Shown piece by piece: positions 15,758 to 24,531 of a stretch of 64,000 nucleotides of DNA (positions are counted from its first letter, which is position 1; every line of letters begins with the position of its first letter). The translations under genes and the position numbers were made by a program. This stretch comes from a virus: positions 1 to 64,000 of IMG/VR virus record IMGVR_UViG_3300028388_003908. One strand, 5' to 3'. The notes beneath the pieces are model-generated. The model worked only from the letters and a program-made list of their open reading frames with translations, ran no database searches and had not been told where the DNA came from.

Positions 15758-16360
15758 ATGAGATGGTCAGACGAGGAGGTTCTTATCCTCAAGACGTGGT
15801 CTCAATGGGAGACCGCTAAACAGATAGCGGAGCGTCTAGGTCGCTCTGAAGGCTCGATTAAGAATAAGCTCTACGAGGAAGGCATCCTACTACGTCAAAA
15901 GCGACCTCACATCGCGCCTGAGAGATCATGGTCCAAAGAGGACGTTGAGTATCTGAAAAGATACGCTAAGGATACTTCTACAAAGCATATAGCCAAGCGT
16001 CTCGGCAAGAGCATAAAAGCTGTACGGACAAAGGCTACTCGTCTCGGTATCTCGCTACAAAAGCGTCATCGCGCTTGGTCCGATGATCAGGTTGATACTC
16101 TTTTCCGTATGGTAGAGGAGAATCGACCTTGGTCCGAGATCGCTGAGGCGATAGGAAAGAAGGCGGATGTTTGTCGCAAGCGCGCTTATGATTTCATGCT
16201 CAAAGCGGATCATAAGAGACGATGGACACAAGAGGAAGATGATAGATTAAAGATACTTAGAGAAGATAAAGGTATGTCCTTTTTAGAGATTGCGAATCAA
16301 CTCGGAAGGTCTATGCAAGCAACCCGTAAGCGTTATTATCGCATAATCGGGAAGATATAA
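15758..16360 (+). CDS. tandem Myb/SANT-like HTH repeat protein
   Basis: Four repeats of W[ST]xE/D...IA..[LI]G[RK] followed by a basic helix. Confidence 0.8.
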   Translation: MRWSDEEVLILKTWSQWETAKQIAERLGRSEGSIKNKLYEEGILLRQKRPHIAPERSWSKEDVEYLKRYAKDTSTKHIAKRLGKSIKAVRTKATRLGISLQKRHRAWSDDQVDTLFRMVEENRPWSEIAEAIGKKADVCRKRAYDFMLKADHKRRWTQEEDDRLKILREDKGMSFLEIANQLGRSMQATRKRYYRIIGKI

Positions 16361-16385
16361 TATAAGAGATACATCCGCAATCTTT

Positions 16386-16823
16386 ATGTCAGAGGAAGAC
16401 ATGATCACGTTAAACATCTCGCAAGAGCAATTACAGAATCCTGAGGTCGCTAACGCGCTTGGTGACCTTTTCAAAGCAATCACACCCGAGAGCAACGCTC
16501 GTCCTGAGCGCGTCAAATCTAACCCTAGAAGAGACAATCACATCAACCCCGACATTGATCCCATCATCCTTGAGAACTTCGGTTGGGTGATCTCGTCAAA
16601 GAAATCTCTGCATTGTCTGACCGTGCTGAGGAAGCATCGCAGGGTCGCTTCTTACGATCTTTACACCGTACTTAAAGAGACATATCCCGAGCTTAACCCA
16701 CGCGCTATTGGAGGAATCTTTGGCGCTATGGAGAGATGGTTCAAGCAGAACAAATGCGCTGTACCTTTTCGTAAGCAGAAGGACGCTTTCGGCACTCTTT
16801 ACTTTCAGTGGATCGTCGGATGA
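16386..16823 (+). CDS. hypothetical protein
   Basis: 145 aa ORF after promoter motif 16358. Confidence 0.7.
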   Translation: MSEEDMITLNISQEQLQNPEVANALGDLFKAITPESNARPERVKSNPRRDNHINPDIDPIILENFGWVISSKKSLHCLTVLRKHRRVASYDLYTVLKETYPELNPRAIGGIFGAMERWFKQNKCAVPFRKQKDAFGTLYFQWIVG

Positions 16824-16996
16824 TGTGGTTCTTATTTAACATCGAGAACGATAATCCTGTGCTCACAAAGAAATCAGATCAGCCTTTTAGAGGTGAGATT
16901 GAGCATTGGAATCTAGATCAGATTTACATCAAGGCAGAGAGCGAGAGTATAGCCAAGACTAAAGCGTTTAATCTGCTACTTCATCTATATCCATAA
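16820..16996 (+). CDS. hypothetical protein
   Basis: ATGA overlap with the upstream stop. Confidence 0.55.
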   Translation: MMWFLFNIENDNPVLTKKSDQPFRGEIEHWNLDQIYIKAESESIAKTKAFNLLLHLYP

Positions 16997-17024
16997 GCGC
17001 TCTAAGCGCGATTAAGGATTAGAG

Positions 17025-17213
17025 ATGATGATTATCATAGCCCTCATGTATATGATCGCCTTCGGGCTGCTTCTAGCTCATCTAGCTCTAGCGTTCTTTT
17101 TCTTAGAACTCTACATCAAGAGCGATCATTATCCGCTAGAGGAGACGCTGATCTTACTCAGCCCCACCTTCCTTTTGTACTTTCATATCCGCTTCTGGTT
17201 CTGGCTCATCTGA
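17025..17213 (+). CDS. small membrane protein
   Basis: AAGGA SD and two hydrophobic segments. Overlaps the tail of the convergent gene. Confidence 0.55.
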   Translation: MMIIIALMYMIAFGLLLAHLALAFFFLELYIKSDHYPLEETLILLSPTFLLYFHIRFWFWLI

Positions 17214-18026
17214 GCGGGCATCCTGCAATCGAGGGTGCTTGCTCTTACCTCTTATACTGAGATTCAATCTGAGCTTAAGACCTAGCGTTAAGTCCTGCTT
17301 CTGTACTCCAGCAGGAGGATTAGAATCGTAGGCATACGTCACGTTAGGTCCTATCTCAATCCATCTGACCGCAAAGTTGGTGTATGCGGTCAGATCTACT
17401 CGGATGCGATAGTCCGACGGATCCGAGTAGAGAGGCTGATAATACATCACCGCTACGGCTTTGGTTGTCTCCTTAAAGAAATCTCTGTCGTATGCAAGCG
17501 ATAGATAATTGGTGCTTCTCCAAACCGAGGTCGTTGTAGGTACTCCTTTGACGCGCTCTGCCTCGTACATAGCTCCCGAGCCTAGCGCCCAAGCGAATCG
17601 GAAAACCGAGTATTGAAATCTCAACCCAAGACCCGATAGCTGACGCAGATTGAGCGCCTTTCTTACGTCATATTGAGATTGAGCAAAGACCTCTCCCCAT
17701 AGCTCAGCTCGATAAGCGAGCATGATGTTCATCATAGATCTCGCATGGAAAAAACCACGGTCGTCAAAGACCTGTCCATTAGACGATCCTTTAAACACGT
17801 TACCTATAACGAACGATTTAAAATCCTGATCAGGACTGCTGTGATCAAGTCGCGTGTCTACAGCATAAGATTTCAAATTCACGTTACCGGTCGTGAAGCG
17901 CAAATCGGTACCTATTGTATAACCCCAACCGTTGTAGGGCATAGAGCCTCTAAAGAGTTCTGCGTTCACCTGCGCCCAACTGGACACAGACCACAGCATA
18001 ATGATGAGAGTGATTAGGATTCTCAT
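17154..18026 (-). CDS. DUF481-like outer-membrane beta-barrel protein
   Basis: Sec signal ending SWA-QVN, alternating amphipathic beta strands, and EVFAQSQYD...LRQLSGLGLR / YYQP...DYRI motifs. Confidence 0.8.
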   Translation of the reverse strand: MRILITLIIMLWSVSSWAQVNAELFRGSMPYNGWGYTIGTDLRFTTGNVNLKSYAVDTRLDHSSPDQDFKSFVIGNVFKGSSNGQVFDDRGFFHARSMMNIMLAYRAELWGEVFAQSQYDVRKALNLRQLSGLGLRFQYSVFRFAWALGSGAMYEAERVKGVPTTTSVWRSTNYLSLAYDRDFFKETTKAVAVMYYQPLYSDPSDYRIRVDLTAYTNFAVRWIEIGPNVTYAYDSNPPAGVQKQDLTLGLKLRLNLSIRGKSKHPRLQDARSDEPEPEADMKVQKEGGAE

Positions 18027-18029
18027 TAG

Positions 18030-18245
18030 TTACCTTTCGCATATTAAGGGAGCTTTTAAGATTTCGATCTCAATCTCTTTTGCTGAGAGACCGAGCTTGT
18101 AGGATTTCAAGACGTGACCGTCCTCTGTGTTTTGATATATCGAGACGTTATATCCTGATGTCAGAGAAGATTCTACAACCAAAGTACCTATGCGTCTGTC
18201 TTGACGATTTTTTATCTCCTCTGATCGGATGCGTTTACCGAGCAT
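18030..18245 (-). CDS. hypothetical protein
   Basis: 71 aa with an AAGG SD. Confidence 0.6.
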   Translation of the reverse strand: MLGKRIRSEEIKNRQDRRIGTLVVESSLTSGYNVSIYQNTEDGHVLKSYKLGLSAKEIEIEILKAPLICER

Positions 18246-18291
18246 GATTTTTAACCTTTACTGAAAATATCCTTGTATAGTGTGTTGACGA

Positions 18292-18364
18292 GGCCCATTC
18301 GTCTAGCCGGTTAGGACGCCAGACTTTCACTCTGGAAACACGGGATCGTTCCCCGTATGGGTCA
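18292..18364 (+). tRNA. trnE: tRNA-Glu(TTC)
   Basis: Acceptor GGCCCAT/ATGGGTC, anticodon arm CCAGA-CTTTCAC-TCTGG, atypical T-loop ATCGTTC. Confidence 0.9.
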
Positions 18365-18482
18365 TTATTTTCAGATAAAAGAAAAAATCTGGAACCTCTA
18401 CTATAAGACAGATCACAGAGCGCGTAAAAGCAATCCTGCAAAGCTCTGCATTAAACCCTCTCTCCCACCTAAGGAGACTGAC

Positions 18483-19043
18483 ATGAACGTAAAAGCATTT
18501 GCTCTCGCAATCGCTTTATCTTTTCCTTCAATCGCGCTCGCTGATGATGTGTGCTCGACCTCAAAGTACAATCAAGTACTGCCTGTCAAGTCCGGACTGA
18601 TCGGCAAGACAGCCTCTCAAGCCAAGAGGGTGCTCCGCAAGGCTTTCGGCCCCTCTGTTAAGATCACAGAGCAGAAGGGCGGGTCTCTCGGTCTTGATTT
18701 CCCTAAGAGCAAGCAAGATACGTTTGATTTGGGTGTCGCTCTTGTCCGTAATGGTGTTGTTTACGGTCTCGTTATGAGCTACTCCAACCGCTTTCAAGAC
18801 CGTCTTGGAGGTCCAGCCTCAGCCTTGTCCATTGTAGGTAAAGGAATCAAGAAGAAGGTCGGAGGTGCAGCCGATTCCAAAGAGATTGATAAAGGTCTCC
18901 GCTTTTTTTGGATTGAGCATGAAGGCATGGATATGACTCTTACCGGCCAAGACCCTTACAAGATCCTGCTCCGTGTTGAGTGCAATCCTCTTATGAAGAA
19001 GCTCGCAGATCAGGCAGCCGAGAGCGTGAACCTCGGGTTCTAA
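18483..19043 (+). CDS. exported protein, paralog of 6193..6708
   Basis: True start MNVKAF with an AAGGAG SD and a Sec signal ending IALA. The longer listed ORF would begin inside tRNA-Glu. Confidence 0.8.
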   Translation: MNVKAFALAIALSFPSIALADDVCSTSKYNQVLPVKSGLIGKTASQAKRVLRKAFGPSVKITEQKGGSLGLDFPKSKQDTFDLGVALVRNGVVYGLVMSYSNRFQDRLGGPASALSIVGKGIKKKVGGAADSKEIDKGLRFFWIEHEGMDMTLTGQDPYKILLRVECNPLMKKLADQAAESVNLGF

Positions 19044-19072
19044 AAACCTGATAAACTAGAGACTAACAGCAT

Positions 19073-19116
19073 AGGGGCTCCTTCTGTTTTAACGCAGAGG
19101 AGCCCCTTCTCTTTTT
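19073..19116 (+). terminator. intrinsic terminator
   Basis: GGGGCTCCT...AGGAGCCCC plus a T-rich tail. Confidence 0.7.
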
Positions 19117-19156
19117 CTCGGATAGTATAAGAGACGTACCTAAAAGGAGGTACGTC

Positions 19157-21118
19157 ATGCTATTCGATCTTGACGAGATCAGCGCCTTAGAGCGCGACAT
19201 TAAGAGACACAATAAGCTCTATTGGGAAGATCAAAATCCAGAGATTTCAGATGTGGAATATGATCTGCTCATCGAGCGCTTGAGAGCGCTTAATCCTCAG
19301 AGCGAGGTTCTAAACGCTCTTGTCGAACCCGTCTCCTCAGACAAGGAGATTCGACATAAGAAGCCCATGCTCAGCTTGGGTAAATGCTACGACCAAGACG
19401 GTTTATCCTCTTGGTTACAATCCGCTGTAAAGAGAGCCTCCGAAGAGATTATCGCCTCCCCCAAGATTGATGGGGTTGCTTGCTCTCTCGTCTATGATGC
19501 TGAAGGCTCTCTGCGCTACGCCTCTACGAGAGGGGATGGCGTTAAAGGGGAATCAATCACCTCTGCCGTTCAGACTATGGACACGATCCCTAAATCAATA
19601 CCAGCTCAAGGACGCGAGATCGAGATCAGAGGGGAGATCTATATGTCCTTGACAGCCTTTCAAGCCTCCACTGGTCTCAAGAGCCCGAGAAATGCCTGCG
19701 CTGGCGCGATTAAGAGAAAGGAAGCTCAAGACAATCAAGCCTTCGGTTTGCGCTTCTACGCTTATGATGTAGACGGCCTAGATCGAGACACCCTCTCAGA
19801 CGCGCTCGATTTAGTGTCTTTATGGGGCTTTTCACCTGTACCATATACAACCGCTCTCTCTAACGACAAAGACGCGCTTACGAGCGTATATGATGATTAT
19901 GAGCAGGGCGCTCTCAATCGCGCTTTAGACTACGACATAGATGGTGTGGTCTATCGCGTTAATCGGATTGAGACCTTTAACAGACTAGGATCTACCTCTC
20001 ATCACCCGAGAGGCGCTATCGCATATAAACTCAAAGGCGACAGCGCTGTCACTACCCTAAGAGAGATCGAATGGAGCGTTAGCCGTTCTGGTGTTCTCAC
20101 GCCTGTTGGAATATTTGATCCTATTCTGCTTAATGGCGCGTCTGTCTCTAGGGTGACCTTGCATAATCTCAATTTCATCCGTGAGAAGAATATCTACAAG
20201 CTCGATTCAAGAGTGAAGATCACCAGAAGCGGTGGCGTCATACCTTATTTTGAAGAGGTTGTGACACGAGGCAAACGCGCTCTCAATCTACCTGTCTCCT
20301 GTCCCACCTGTCCTAGCAGAGAGGGCTGTCGTACTCTTGAGACCGATGGGATCTTACGCTGTGATGGTGATCAACTCTGCGATCCTATCATGGCGCAGGT
20401 GCTTAAACATTACGTTAAAACTACCAAGATTGACGGCTTCGGGGATGTTTGGCTCAATAAGCTCGTCTCTCTCGGTATACTCAAGACTCCAGTGGATTTA
20501 TACACCTTGACCGAGAAGGATTTACAAGGTCTTGAAGGCGTTGGTGAGGTCAGAATCAAGGGCTGGCTCGATTCGATAGATAAATCTCGATCACTCGATT
20601 TAGACGTGTTCCTTAGAGCGCTCTCTGTTGAGTACCTAGGCAGATCACTGAGCGCAGTATTAGCGAGCACCTACAAATCCATAGACAAGATCCTTGAAGG
20701 CTTAAGCGAGAAGAAGATTACGGGTAAATCTCGTCTTGAGCACGAGTTATCTCTGATGGAAGGTATGGGTAATCTGAGCGCGTTCACAGCTTGCTCTGGC
20801 TTGAACAAGAAGATTGACCTTATCAAGTCCTTGAGAGAGCACGTTAACGTACTAGATTTTGCCGAGAGAAAATCCTCCTCAGACAAGCTCTCAGGACAGA
20901 GCTTCGTCTTCACCGGTACTATGATATCCATGAAGCGTTCAGAAGCACAGAATAAGGTTAAAGACATGGGAGGTACTTGCCCTTCCTCTGTCTCTAAGAC
21001 CTTAACCTATCTTGTTGTCGGTGATGAGGGTAAGGCTGGTTCAAAGCTCGACAAAGCCAAGAAGCTCGATGTCTCAATCCTAAGCGAAAAGGAATTTAAC
21101 GAGCTTCTTAACTCTTAG
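19157..21118 (+). CDS. ligA: NAD-dependent DNA ligase
   Basis: KIDG adenylation motif, STRGDG, EIRGE, IDGVV, OB fold (VTLHN), Cys zinc site, HhH and C-terminal BRCT (FVFTG...AGSKLDKA). Confidence 0.97.
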   Translation: MLFDLDEISALERDIKRHNKLYWEDQNPEISDVEYDLLIERLRALNPQSEVLNALVEPVSSDKEIRHKKPMLSLGKCYDQDGLSSWLQSAVKRASEEIIASPKIDGVACSLVYDAEGSLRYASTRGDGVKGESITSAVQTMDTIPKSIPAQGREIEIRGEIYMSLTAFQASTGLKSPRNACAGAIKRKEAQDNQAFGLRFYAYDVDGLDRDTLSDALDLVSLWGFSPVPYTTALSNDKDALTSVYDDYEQGALNRALDYDIDGVVYRVNRIETFNRLGSTSHHPRGAIAYKLKGDSAVTTLREIEWSVSRSGVLTPVGIFDPILLNGASVSRVTLHNLNFIREKNIYKLDSRVKITRSGGVIPYFEEVVTRGKRALNLPVSCPTCPSREGCRTLETDGILRCDGDQLCDPIMAQVLKHYVKTTKIDGFGDVWLNKLVSLGILKTPVDLYTLTEKDLQGLEGVGEVRIKGWLDSIDKSRSLDLDVFLRALSVEYLGRSLSAVLASTYKSIDKILEGLSEKKITGKSRLEHELSLMEGMGNLSAFTACSGLNKKIDLIKSLREHVNVLDFAERKSSSDKLSGQSFVFTGTMISMKRSEAQNKVKDMGGTCPSSVSKTLTYLVVGDEGKAGSKLDKAKKLDVSILSEKEFNELLNS

Positions 21119-21223
21119 TTGGAGAGCAAGGAAGATCCTTCCTCACCGGACAAGAAATCTTTAAGGTGCTCCCGCATCTGCGACAAACGAACATCTTAGG
21201 ATTCTTGTCCGGACTAAATCTCA

Positions 21224-21520
21224 TTACTCTGCGCCTGCAATCGCGCCTGCGGTCTCGCCAGCGCTCGCGCCTGCGGTCTCACCTGCGGTCTCGCCTGCAA
21301 TCGCGCCTGCGGTCTCGCCAGCGCTCGCGCCTGCAATCGCGCCTGCGGTCGCGCCAGCGGTCTCACCTGCGGTCTCGCCTGCGGTCTCGCCTGCGGTCTC
21401 GCCAGCGCTCGCGCCTGCGCTCATATCCGAGACGCCCATATCTGTAGCGGTCTTACTACTAGAGCCTCTGCAAGCAGTGAACAGAATAGCGCTTAGGGTT
21501 AGGATCATTAGGTTTCTCAT
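21224..21520 (-). CDS. small lipoprotein made of AG(E/A)x repeats
   Basis: MRNLMILTLSAILFTAC signal with a lipobox, then ~16 tetrapeptide repeats. Confidence 0.75.
   Translation of the reverse strand: MRNLMILTLSAILFTACRGSSSKTATDMGVSDMSAGASAGETAGETAGETAGETAGATAGAIAGASAGETAGAIAGETAGETAGASAGETAGAIAGAE
21230..21420. repeat. 12-bp coding tandem repeat
   Basis: Variants of CGCCTGCGGTCT encoding AGET/AGAI/AGAS. Confidence 0.95.
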
Positions 21521-21576
21521 ATTATAGAGCCTTTCTACTTTTAGGTTTACGACCTGAAAAGCATATAAACAGGCTA

Positions 21577-21948
21577 CTAAAAATGATCTCTCAAAACAGC
21601 GTAGGCGTGTTTGCATATCTTGTGCGTATTGTCGGGGTCGCGCTTTGTCGGCTTCTCTGCGGAGCCTCTCGGGCTGCCGAGTAGATAATCTCCGTTTTGA
21701 GCGTGATACTCAGGCCCTTGATAAATCCAATAATCGCATGAGCAGGTGAGATGTAGGTCAGGATTGGATCGGTCACCCTTTGCTTCAACGGTGACCTCGT
21801 ACTTATCTACTTGGAAGATGATCGGCTCTTTTAGGATTTTATCCTCAAAGCCTTCAACTACGGTAGAGATGGACTTAGCTTTGTCGATGATCTTAGGGTC
21901 GAGCGCGTTGATTATTTGCGATTTTAGGGCGCTTCTCTTGTATCTCAT
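21577..21948 (-). CDS. SWIM-type zinc-finger protein
   Basis: TCSCDYW...ICKH. AAGGAGG SD before MRYKRS at 21948. Confidence 0.75.
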   Translation of the reverse strand: MRYKRSALKSQIINALDPKIIDKAKSISTVVEGFEDKILKEPIIFQVDKYEVTVEAKGDRSNPDLHLTCSCDYWIYQGPEYHAQNGDYLLGSPRGSAEKPTKRDPDNTHKICKHAYAVLRDHF

Positions 21949-22009
21949 GCAACCTCCTTGGTGTCTGCTCATATCCTCTATTATAAAGCGTTAAAAGAGG
22001 ACTAAGACT

Positions 22010-22447
22010 ATGCAGACGTTCGTGCCTTACACCGATCATTATCTCACCGCTCAAGTGCTAGACTATCAGAGACTAGGCAAGCAGAGGATTGAGACGTTTC
22101 AGATACTCAAGTCCTTGTATCTCTACAACTACTTGGACAAGCCGAGAGGTTGGATGAGACACCCTGCGGTGCTCATGTGGAGAGGACATGAGCGCGCCTT
22201 AGTGGAATATGGTGTCGTCATGTGTGAGGTTTGGAAGGAGAGAGGATATAAGGACACGACCATGGAGAAGATCAAGGGCATGGCCAAGTATTTTCCAGAA
22301 TCGAGCGCGAGATTGCCTGATTGGTGGGGAAACGCTCGGGTACATCAAAGTCATAGAGAGCGTCTATTGGACAAGAATTGGGAGCATTACACTCTGCTAT
22401 TTTTAGACGATGAACCTAGCTCTGATTATGTGTGGCCTATGCGCTGA
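22010..22447 (+). CDS. pyrimidine-dimer DNA glycosylase-like protein (T4 DenV/MSMEG_6728 family)
   Basis: MQTFVPY...LD..RLGKQRIE..QIL...W..HPAV.MWRG...P.WWG...H.SH...L..K...Y.WP. Confidence 0.9.
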   Translation: MQTFVPYTDHYLTAQVLDYQRLGKQRIETFQILKSLYLYNYLDKPRGWMRHPAVLMWRGHERALVEYGVVMCEVWKERGYKDTTMEKIKGMAKYFPESSARLPDWWGNARVHQSHRERLLDKNWEHYTLLFLDDEPSSDYVWPMR

Positions 22448-22836
22448 ATCTCTGTCTCTAACGCTTGACTAGCAAAGCGCAAACTCTTCTTTTTGTCTAG
22501 GAACCAATCTGCGATCAGTATTGATGAGAGCGCACCTTCTAGGTTCGGAGAGAGGTCGAATTCCTTTAGCGTCTCACAAAGACTAGGGTTTCTTTTCAAT
22601 CTAAATCTGAACGCTAGATAACGTATGATCGAGACGGAGCGCGAGCGCTCACGATTGACGTACCATAGCGCTTTTTGTAGATCCTCCCGAGAGGTCTCAC
22701 CAGGTTTTTTGCCTGCTCTCAAGATGTACTTGACCGCAGAACCGAGAGAGAAGTTAAGGTCAAAGTCCTCGATAATCTCGATGGCGGGTCTTGTCGAGCC
22801 TTGATAATGTGACCTCTGAGCGCGTCTTGTAGGATT
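22426..22836 (-). pseudogene. DUF3310-like domain without its own start codon (frameshifted or decayed)
   Basis: The frame reads SHYQGSTRPAIEIIEDFDLNFSLGSAVKYILRAGKK...EDLQKALWY, with no ATG, GTG or TTG upstream of the domain. Confidence 0.65.
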
Positions 22837-23255
22837 TTAGATTTACCTTCACCTCTCTCCTCACAGAGACGGTTGAGTTCTTTAAGGAGATGGCCATCAA
22901 GATAGACGGAAACCTTCTTACCTCCCGAGGCATTATCCGTTCTATTGTTAGCGCTCTTAGTGTTATTTAAGAGCTTTCTACGCGCTCTATAAGCCTCGTC
23001 ATTAGCTCTCTTTTGACAGATCTTGGAGCAGTACTTTGGACGATCTTTGGGTCGCACCTTCTCGCAACCGCTCTTTTGACAGAGCGCGTCTGCGGGCAGC
23101 TTTCTCCTAGGCTTGCGTCCTTCGCATCTGTAGTGGTAACAGCGCGTCTCGTCTTCCTTAAAGACAACCCCTCTAGACATGAGATACTTGTTGCATCTCC
23201 ATCCCCATTCTCCGTCCGCGTTCTGAGCCCATAAGGCGATACAGTTATCGTGCAT
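22719..23255 (-). CDS. Cys-rich protein with C-terminal ribbon-helix-helix
   Basis: CQKSGC...YCSKIC zinc motif and KKVSVYLD..LL.EL..LC......S.IL.DAL. AAGGA SD before MHDNC. Confidence 0.7.
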   Translation of the reverse strand: MHDNCIALWAQNADGEWGWRCNKYLMSRGVVFKEDETRCYHYRCEGRKPRRKLPADALCQKSGCEKVRPKDRPKYCSKICQKRANDEAYRARRKLLNNTKSANNRTDNASGGKKVSVYLDGHLLKELNRLCEERGEGKSKILQDALRGHIIKARQDPPSRLSRTLTLTSLSVLRSSTS

Positions 23256-23352
23256 AGTTATATCCTTTTCTTTTAGGTACACTATACAGATCAGTAGTCC
23301 TTTTATCCTGTTTTTTTGCCCGCCTTAATCTTACGTTTAGAGAGTAAAAGAG

Positions 23353-23448
23353 ATGCTAGAAGACACGATGATAACGATGACAGCCTTATCTTACGGATAC
23401 ATTATCTTGACCGCTTTTGGTCAGATACGCAGAGATCTTAAGAGATAA
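23353..23448 (+). CDS. unlisted 31-aa hydrophobic peptide
   Basis: MLEDTMITMTALSYGYIILTAFGQIRRDLKR. A late-type motif lies at 23294..23306 and the stop abuts the convergent gene's stop. Confidence 0.4.
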   Translation: MLEDTMITMTALSYGYIILTAFGQIRRDLKR

Positions 23449-24438
23449 TCAGTTCGAGTCTAGATGCTCTGCGATTAGCTCTGCAAGCTCCTCTCTCCAC
23501 TTAGGAGGACGCTGACCAACCTTGCCGATATAGAACACCTTCCCGACGGAAGGGCTGATAGCGGTTTGGGTGCCTCTCTGTAGCTTGGTCTCAAGCTGAG
23601 CGTAGACCTCACCTTTGCTGTTGATCGCAAAGAATCCGATAGGGGTGCGGAAGTACATAGAGCCGTAGGCGCGCAGGGTGCGCTCATCTACTAGATCTTC
23701 AATATCCTGACTCTCGACAAAAGACGTGTCGATAAATCGGTCACTAAATCCGGTGCGATACTCGGGAGGATCAATATCGAGACCTCGCTTGTAGACGACC
23801 TCAAAGACCTCTCTGGTCTGAAATTCGCTCATGTAGCGAGTGAAGCTCCGGAAATCTCCGAGACCTGAGCGGTAAAGACCGAGGCTGTCGTTCGGCTCAA
23901 GCGCCTTAGCGTCTAGCTTCTTGATCGCGTCCTCTAGCTTTGCCTGCTTAAAGCGAGCGCTCCCGCTGTCTCGGTATTCCTCTTGCTTCTTGATCTCCTT
24001 AACGATACCTGCCGTACCCTTTGAAGGAGGTACCGCGTAGAAATCGTAAGACTGAGATGTTAGCTTGCCCTCGTCATCAATCTTGCGTACCTTGATGATA
24101 GGGAACTCTCTGTTGTCGCTTGGATAGACAATGTTCTCCACCTTAAAGTAAATCGGATTGTCCACAGAGAAATTAAGAGCCTTGCAGTTTCTCATGTTAA
24201 GCTCATGTGAGCATTTATCGGCTCTTACAATCACGACCTCACCGATCTCTAGGGGTCCTCTCTTGGAGCTTGGTCTTCCGCCTTCGGATGAAGAATCCTT
24301 GTAAGGTATGTTAAGTCCTGTAAGCACGGTCTTGAACTGAGCCTCGGTGTACTCATCCACGTTCTTGTAGAGAGAGCGTAGAGCGCACCAAGTGGCGAAT
24401 TCTTGATCATCTTTTGCTGAGATTTTCTGATAGTCCAT
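23449..24438 (-). CDS. hypothetical protein, probably late/virion
   Basis: 329 aa with an AAGGA SD and a late-type motif at 24475..24488. Confidence 0.75.
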   Translation of the reverse strand: MDYQKISAKDDQEFATWCALRSLYKNVDEYTEAQFKTVLTGLNIPYKDSSSEGGRPSSKRGPLEIGEVVIVRADKCSHELNMRNCKALNFSVDNPIYFKVENIVYPSDNREFPIIKVRKIDDEGKLTSQSYDFYAVPPSKGTAGIVKEIKKQEEYRDSGSARFKQAKLEDAIKKLDAKALEPNDSLGLYRSGLGDFRSFTRYMSEFQTREVFEVVYKRGLDIDPPEYRTGFSDRFIDTSFVESQDIEDLVDERTLRAYGSMYFRTPIGFFAINSKGEVYAQLETKLQRGTQTAISPSVGKVFYIGKVGQRPPKWREELAELIAEHLDSN

Positions 24439-24531
24439 GTCGTTTCCTTTTGAGAGATTAATGTGTAGAGATCTATAAAAGTTCTATTATGTATATCTTC
24501 TTGAATACCATTTCACTCTATGGGGTTAGTT

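Noticed and set aside
18235-18482. ORF 18235..18441 and the N-terminal extension of 18357..19043
   Set aside because: They overlap tRNA-Glu and a promoter. The real start is 18483, with SD and signal peptide.
21230-21420. Possible CRISPR or iteron array, and the plus-strand RS-rich ORF 21166..21447
   Set aside because: The 12-bp units are contiguous with no spacers. They are explained as the coding repeat of the minus-strand lipoprotein.
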